Source: an uncultured Verrucomicrobiae bacterium (GTDB lineage Bacteria > Verrucomicrobiota > Verrucomicrobiia > Limisphaerales > JAFGQR01). From it: a stretch of 64,000 nt of DNA. This document shows, piece by piece, positions 59,406-64,000 of the stretch. The position numbers and the translations under genes are program-made. Every line of letters starts with the position of its first letter. Position 1 is the first letter of the stretch. The DNA lies in assembly GCA_963788655.1 (NCBI GenBank), contig CAWBHS010000090.1:32001-96000 (forward strand), written 5' to 3'. Below the pieces are notes generated by a model. It had not been told where the DNA came from. It did no database searches and saw only the letters and a list, made by a program, of their open reading frames with translations.

Positions 59406-60833
59406 ATGACCGAGCATGTCAACAAAGTACCCGAGCAAGACGCACAGGCATTGCGCGCACAAGTCGCGGAGCTGCAAGCTGCGCTCAGCCTCAGCGAGCA
59501 GGCCAGGAATTGCCTCGAAACCCAACTCGCCTGCGCCGAAGAGTTATCACAGGCCGGCAGCTGGCAAAGCAATCCGCGGACCGGGTCAGCATCCTGGTCC
59601 GCGGGCATCTACCGCATATTCGGTCTCGACCCGAACAAACTCGTGCCACGGCATAAAGCCTTTCTCGAGTTCGTGCATCCCGAGGACCGACCGCTCGCCG
59701 AACGGGTCATGGCCGAAGCGCTCGGCTGCGGCGGCAAATACAATCTGACCTTGCGTACGGTTCGCCCCAACGGCGAAGTGCGCATGGTCCGCGCCCAGGG
59801 CACGGTAATTCTCGATCACCAGCAAAAACCGGTGCGCACCTACGGCGTCGCTCGGGACATTACCGATGAGGAAATCGCGCGCAAGGCACTGGCCGACAGC
59901 GAGCACCGCTTCCGCCTGATCGCGGAAACCATCGACGACGGCTTTTGGATTGCCGCCCCGGGCATGACCAAAATGATATATGCCAGCCCGGCGTACAAAA
60001 AAATCTGGGGACGAAGCGCCGAACACTTCGAGCGTTATCCGCAGTCGTTTCTCGATGCGGTGCACACCGATGACCGCGCCAGCGTGGCGCGCGCGCTGCA
60101 CGAGCATGCCGAAGGACGTTGGCACTGCGAATACCGTATCGTCCAAACCGATGGCGCGGTACGCTGGGTCGCGGACCAGGGCTATCCGGTATACGATGAA
60201 AACGGCAACCTGGAACTGCTCACCGGTGTGGTCCGCGACATCACCGAGCAGCGTCAGGCTCAAGCACGCCTGCAACAGGCTTTGCAACAAGTACGGCGAG
60301 CCAAGGCCGAATCAGAACGGCTGATGCTGCAGGACCCGTTGACCGGCACCGCCAACCGCCGTTATCTGCATGCCTACCTGGAGCGGGAGTGGCGCCGCGA
60401 ACATCGTGACGCGCGTCCGATCGCGCTGTTGTTGTTGGACATCGACTTCTTCAAAGACTACAACGATTTCTACGGCCATTTGCGCGGCGACAGTTGCCTG
60501 CAACGGGTATCCGCCTGCCTGAAGCGGGCGTTGCAGCGACCGGGCGATCTGCTGGCGCGTTTCGGCGGCGAGGAATTCATCGCGGTAATGCCCGGCACCG
60601 ATACGCGTGGCGCCCGCGCCGTGGCCGAGCGGCTGCGTGCGGCGATCGACAAACTACGCATTCCCCACGCAGCCTCCGATGTCGCCTCCCATGTCACGAT
60701 CAGCGCCGGCGTCAGCTGCGTCGACCCCCGCTTCACATCGGCACAGGAGGCCGTCGATCATGCCGACCGCGCCCTGTACGCAGCTAAACGCGCCGGTCGG
60801 AACCGCATCTGCGTCGCCGGTCCCGGGGAGTGA
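59406..60833 (+). CDS. PAS-PAS-GGDEF diguanylate cyclase
   Basis: Two PAS/PAC units (VHPEDR, VHTDDR), DIDFFKDYND, RPGD I-site, GGEEF. Start uncertain. Confidence 0.93.
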   Translation: MTEHVNKVPEQDAQALRAQVAELQAALSLSEQARNCLETQLACAEELSQAGSWQSNPRTGSASWSAGIYRIFGLDPNKLVPRHKAFLEFVHPEDRPLAERVMAEALGCGGKYNLTLRTVRPNGEVRMVRAQGTVILDHQQKPVRTYGVARDITDEEIARKALADSEHRFRLIAETIDDGFWIAAPGMTKMIYASPAYKKIWGRSAEHFERYPQSFLDAVHTDDRASVARALHEHAEGRWHCEYRIVQTDGAVRWVADQGYPVYDENGNLELLTGVVRDITEQRQAQARLQQALQQVRRAKAESERLMLQDPLTGTANRRYLHAYLEREWRREHRDARPIALLLLDIDFFKDYNDFYGHLRGDSCLQRVSACLKRALQRPGDLLARFGGEEFIAVMPGTDTRGARAVAERLRAAIDKLRIPHAASDVASHVTISAGVSCVDPRFTSAQEAVDHADRALYAAKRAGRNRICVAGPGE

Positions 60834-60898
60834 AGCAAAGCGCCGCAGCCGACTCACGGGCAGCGTGAGCAGGCCCGCAGCACAGCCAAGGACAGATC

Positions 60899-61243
60899 AT
60901 GAAGCCGACACTCACAGTGGAATTTGCAGTCAAAGCCGGAACCGACACGTTTCGCGAGGAAAGCGTCTCGCTCCATGACCCGGAGGAATTGTTCGCCTTC
61001 GTGGCCCCCGGCGGCGGCTGCGAATCGATCCCATCGGAGGTGGCCGAGATTCGCATGAATTTCCTCTCGCCCGCACACGCCAATCAAGCCAATCCGATCG
61101 CCGATGCGCCCGCGACCCTGCAGATCGGTATCGTGCTGTTCCAGGGACCGTTGGCCGAAATCGCCGCCACCGCCTCGCAGTTGCTCGACCGGGCGGGACG
61201 GGGCGAGTTGTCGGAGTCGTTTCGACGGGTCCTGCACTCGTGA
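60899..61243 (+). CDS. Hypothetical protein
   Basis: 114 aa ORF with AAGGA RBS and host-like codon usage. Confidence 0.65.
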   Translation: MKPTLTVEFAVKAGTDTFREESVSLHDPEELFAFVAPGGGCESIPSEVAEIRMNFLSPAHANQANPIADAPATLQIGIVLFQGPLAEIAATASQLLDRAGRGELSESFRRVLHS

Positions 61244-61292
61244 TCCTGGTTCGTCGCCCAAGCTACGAGTAGCCCAGGGAGCGGAGGCGGAC

Positions 61293-61550
61293 TTGAGTGC
61301 ATCACCCACCGGAGACCCTCCGGGCGCCGCACACTTGTTCGAAATGCATTTCGAACAAGCCTTGACTCTGGACCGGCGCGAGGAGGTCGTGCTGCGCCTT
61401 CAGCATCAACGGGGCGTTGTCCGCGCTTGGTTCGATCCGCTGAACCCGACCCGCCTGCTGGTGCAGGCCGACCCGGTCTATTTCAGCGCCCTGACCTTGC
61501 GTGACTTCGTCCGCCGACTGTGGGTCGGGACCCGGGTCCTGGACGACTGA
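61293..61550 (+). CDS. Hypothetical protein, possible HMA-like fold without CxxC
   Basis: GGAGG then TTG start. L...RGVVRAWF...LLVQADP pattern. Confidence 0.5.
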   Translation: MSASPTGDPPGAAHLFEMHFEQALTLDRREEVVLRLQHQRGVVRAWFDPLNPTRLLVQADPVYFSALTLRDFVRRLWVGTRVLDD

Positions 61551-61564
61551 ATGTCGCTGATGCC

Positions 61565-61972
61565 CTACTGCGTGTTCTCGGCGCGAGCGGTGGATACGAT
61601 GGTTTCTCCTTCCAGTCGCAAGGCACCCGCTGCCCGTATATCCAGGTCGCCGTTGCGGCCGATGCGCAGGGTGACGCCGTTCAAGGAAAGTTCATAAGCG
61701 CCTTCGCGGGTAGGTTGAAAGCCGCGCGTAACAGGGCCCGGCAACGGATAGTTCGTGGTCGGGCCGCTGCGGCGCCCGTCAGACTGGGTGCGCAACCGTT
61801 CCACTTCGCGCTGCAGGTCGCGCACCCGGCGCTCCAGGTTGCGAATGTCGGTTTGCAACTGCAAGGCGCGCGTGCCGCCGTAGCCGGGATGGGAACCATA
61901 CGTGTCCCAGGCCCACACGGGCAGGGCGAGCAGCATGCCCGCACTCACCAGCCAGCCGATGTAGCTGCGCAT
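61565..61972 (-). CDS. Secreted protein with coiled coil and beta-rich tail
   Basis: Signal peptide, LQTDIRNLERRVRDLQREVERLR, AGGAG RBS. Confidence 0.7.
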   Translation of the reverse strand: MRSYIGWLVSAGMLLALPVWAWDTYGSHPGYGGTRALQLQTDIRNLERRVRDLQREVERLRTQSDGRRSGPTTNYPLPGPVTRGFQPTREGAYELSLNGVTLRIGRNGDLDIRAAGALRLEGETIVSTARAENTQ

Positions 61973-62054
61973 AAATCGCTCTCCTGCACGCGTGCACGCG
62001 TGCCTGCCAGTCCCACACGGGCGCCGCCAACCCATGCAACGGTCGACGACGCGT

Positions 62055-63338
62055 TCAGAACACCCACTGCAACTGCACGGAGTAAACGTTGCGCTGATAA
62101 TCCCGCAACGGGTCGTTGGATTGATTTTCGGTGAACTCCCACTGTCCGGTGAGACTCCAATCACCGGTCAGTTGCCGGGATGCACTGAAACGCGTGCGCC
62201 AACGTTTGTCGTCACGGTTCAACAGCGGCGCGTTCGGATAGTCGCTCCACCGGTAACTGGCGTCAGCGCGCCAGTTCCAGTCGGGACCGAGATCGTGGCT
62301 GTAATCGGCATGAATGGTGTGTCGCGTGGGCGAATAGCTCTCCGACGCGGTGTCGCGCCGGTCATTAAGCTCGAGTTCGTAGCCGACACGGATACTGCTG
62401 CCGCTGCGATAGATCTCGTACTGGGCAAGCAGATCATGTCGTTGGCCGGTCAAATAATCGTAACGGCCGTCGAGCGTATCGATGTTCTCGAAGATATAGC
62501 GTATGTGCAGATAATGGTCTTCCGGCAATCTTCGAGTCGCCGCGGTCTCGATGCCGAACGTCCGCTGATAGTCGTCCCCGGCCAGCGTATCGTGGGCGAT
62601 ATAACCCCCGGCATAGGTACGCCAATCTCCGATCGCACCGTCCTTGCGCGCCAGCAGACGCAGCTCGGAGAAGTTGTTTTCGGTTTCGTCCTGGTAGCGC
62701 AGTCCATATAGGCTGGCGTGGACACTCAAACCATCGTCCCGCGTACCGCTCAATACGCCGCTGCCGGAGGTATACAGTTCACCGAAGGTATCGCCGCGAT
62801 AAGTGGGCATATCCGTCGGCGCGAAATTGACGTTGTCATCGTAGCCGGCGCCGAGACTGGCAAACCCGCGCCAATCATGTTTGCTCACCATGGCCCGGGG
62901 CGGACGCGGCAATTGCCGTCCTGCCAGATAGCGCAGTCGCTGGTCCTGGGTATCGTCGAAAGCCGCACGAAAGTGGCGCTGGGCTTCGCGATCCTCAGCT
63001 CGGCGTCTCGCCACCAGACCGAGGTTGTAGTGCGCCAGCGGCGCCATCTCCGGGATCGTCAATAGATGCTCGAAGCTCGACTTGGCGCGCTGGTAATCAC
63101 CAAGCCGGTAATAGGCAGACCCTAGATTGTAATAAAGTGCCGGCCGGTCGAGCCCCTCGGCGCGCGCTTGTTCGAAGGCATGCACCGCCGCGGCGTAGTC
63201 GCCCTTGCCGTAGGCGTCGACGCCCGCATGGAATTGCGCCACGGGATCGGCCCGCGCACAAACGGGCAGCAGAATGACAGCTAAGGACGCTGCGAGCAGA
63301 TTACGCGAGCAGCTTAGAGCGAAACGACCACGTGCCAT
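62055..63338 (-). CDS. TPR plus outer-membrane beta-barrel protein (DUF560/Slam-like)
   Basis: Signal peptide, TPR units (YYNLGSAYYRLG, HYNLG), GAGYDDNV, ends LQWVF. Start uncertain. Confidence 0.8.
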   Translation of the reverse strand: MARGRFALSCSRNLLAASLAVILLPVCARADPVAQFHAGVDAYGKGDYAAAVHAFEQARAEGLDRPALYYNLGSAYYRLGDYQRAKSSFEHLLTIPEMAPLAHYNLGLVARRRAEDREAQRHFRAAFDDTQDQRLRYLAGRQLPRPPRAMVSKHDWRGFASLGAGYDDNVNFAPTDMPTYRGDTFGELYTSGSGVLSGTRDDGLSVHASLYGLRYQDETENNFSELRLLARKDGAIGDWRTYAGGYIAHDTLAGDDYQRTFGIETAATRRLPEDHYLHIRYIFENIDTLDGRYDYLTGQRHDLLAQYEIYRSGSSIRVGYELELNDRRDTASESYSPTRHTIHADYSHDLGPDWNWRADASYRWSDYPNAPLLNRDDKRWRTRFSASRQLTGDWSLTGQWEFTENQSNDPLRDYQRNVYSVQLQWVF

Positions 63339-63420
63339 GCACCAAAGCCTCGAAACCCGTTCCACGAGCGGCCTCCACAATCGGTCGGCCAGCGTTCGCA
63401 ACGACCCCCGGTCCCACAGC

Positions 63421-63454
63421 AAAAAGCCTCCTCTCCCAGTTGGGAGAGGAGGTT
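63421..63454 (-). terminator. Rho-independent terminator
   Basis: Minus strand CCTCCTCTCCCA/TGGGAGAGGAGG stem followed by CTTTTT. Confidence 0.8.
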
Positions 63455-63533
63455 CCCCGATCGGCGACTGAAAATCCAGGCCGATCAACTCTGCCGCGCC
63501 AATCGTTCCGTCGGCTACGGCCGCTCTTGCCCT

Positions 63534-63998
63534 TTATCGCGCGCGCACGGCGCCGCCCACTTCCTGCGCCCGGTCCCGACCCGTCGTATCGGGTCGGCCT
63601 GTCGTATCGGGTCGACCTGTCGATATCGGCGGTCGGCCTCTCGTATCGGGTCGGCCTGTCGTATCGGGTCGGCCTGTCGTATCGGGTCGGCCTGTCGTAT
63701 CGGGTCGGCCTGCCGTATCGGGTCGGCCTGCCGTATCGGGTCGGCCTGCCGTATCGGGTCGGCCTGCCGTATCGGGTCGGCCTGCCGTATCGAATCGGCG
63801 TGCCGTATCGGGTCGGCCTGCCGTATCGGGTCGGCCTGCCGTATCGGGTCGGCCTGCCGTATCGGGTCGGCCTGCCGTATCGGGTCGGCCTGCCGTATCG
63901 GGTCGGCCTGCCGTATCGGGTCGGCCTGCCGTATCGGGTCGGCCTGCCGTATCGGGTCGGCCTACAGAGTCGGGTGGCCCAACCGCGTCTGGGCGCCC
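63534..63998 (-). CDS. 3' part (partial) of a protein with GRPDT(A/T) hexapeptide repeats
   Basis: Open frame GRPDAVGPPDSV(GRPDTA/T)n...GRDRAQEVGGAVRAR*. Degenerate units keep the peptide pattern. Start lies beyond the window. Confidence 0.6.
   Translation of the reverse strand, partial: GRPDAVGPPDSVGRPDTAGRPDTAGRPDTAGRPDTAGRPDTAGRPDTAGRPDTAGRPDTAGRPDTARRFDTAGRPDTAGRPDTAGRPDTAGRPDTAGRPDTTGRPDTTGRPDTTGRPDTRGRPPISTGRPDTTGRPDTTGRDRAQEVGGAVRAR
63585..63965. repeat. 18-bp tandem repeat, 21 units (CGTATCGGGTCGGCCTGY)
   Basis: Counted directly. One 21-bp variant (63621-63641) and one diverged unit (63786-63803). No spacers. Confidence 0.95.
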
Positions 63999-64000
63999 TG

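Noticed and set aside
63585..63965. 18-bp repeats as a CRISPR array
   Set aside because: Units are contiguous with no spacers, the length is a multiple of 3 in an open frame, and there are no cas genes.

Overview
A 64 kb chromosomal window from a GC-rich bacterium, most likely a sulfur-oxidising gammaproteobacterium. That host call is an inference from a DsrC-like protein, a PEP-CTERM protein, a Cyc2-like gene end, EfpL and IscR-type boxes. Most of the window is housekeeping and accessory metabolism: ATP-dependent DNA ligase, a CLC transporter, AttEFGH-like and NodIJ-like ABC systems, EfpL, a double-length UvrA, an MQO-like oxidoreductase, a sufBCD-sufT-sufA-sufE operon without sufS, glgC, an MCP, lysR-azoR-pirin, a GT4/deacetylase/flippase operon, arfB, a GH100-like hydrolase, PfpI and a PAS-GGDEF protein. 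The most unusual part is 150-4050, directly after the 3' end of a Cyc2-like gene. Three unrelated co-oriented genes (DUF2254, YciI and a HEPN-like/Zn-ribbon protein) are separated by copies of a 33-bp palindromic site and by CTGNCCCC-type motifs. Broken integron att half-sites and an IS110 remnant inserted at the CT of one motif also lie there, but no integrase. Other notable items are a Y-shaped 264-bp MITE, four dispersed secreted EF-hand genes, an orphan phage gene II/X-like domain, and a hexapeptide-repeat protein upstream of a TPR/beta-barrel gene. At least six conserved genes carry single-base frameshifts that are probably assembly errors. No rRNA, tRNA or CRISPR array was seen. All family assignments come from motif recognition by eye; no searches were run.
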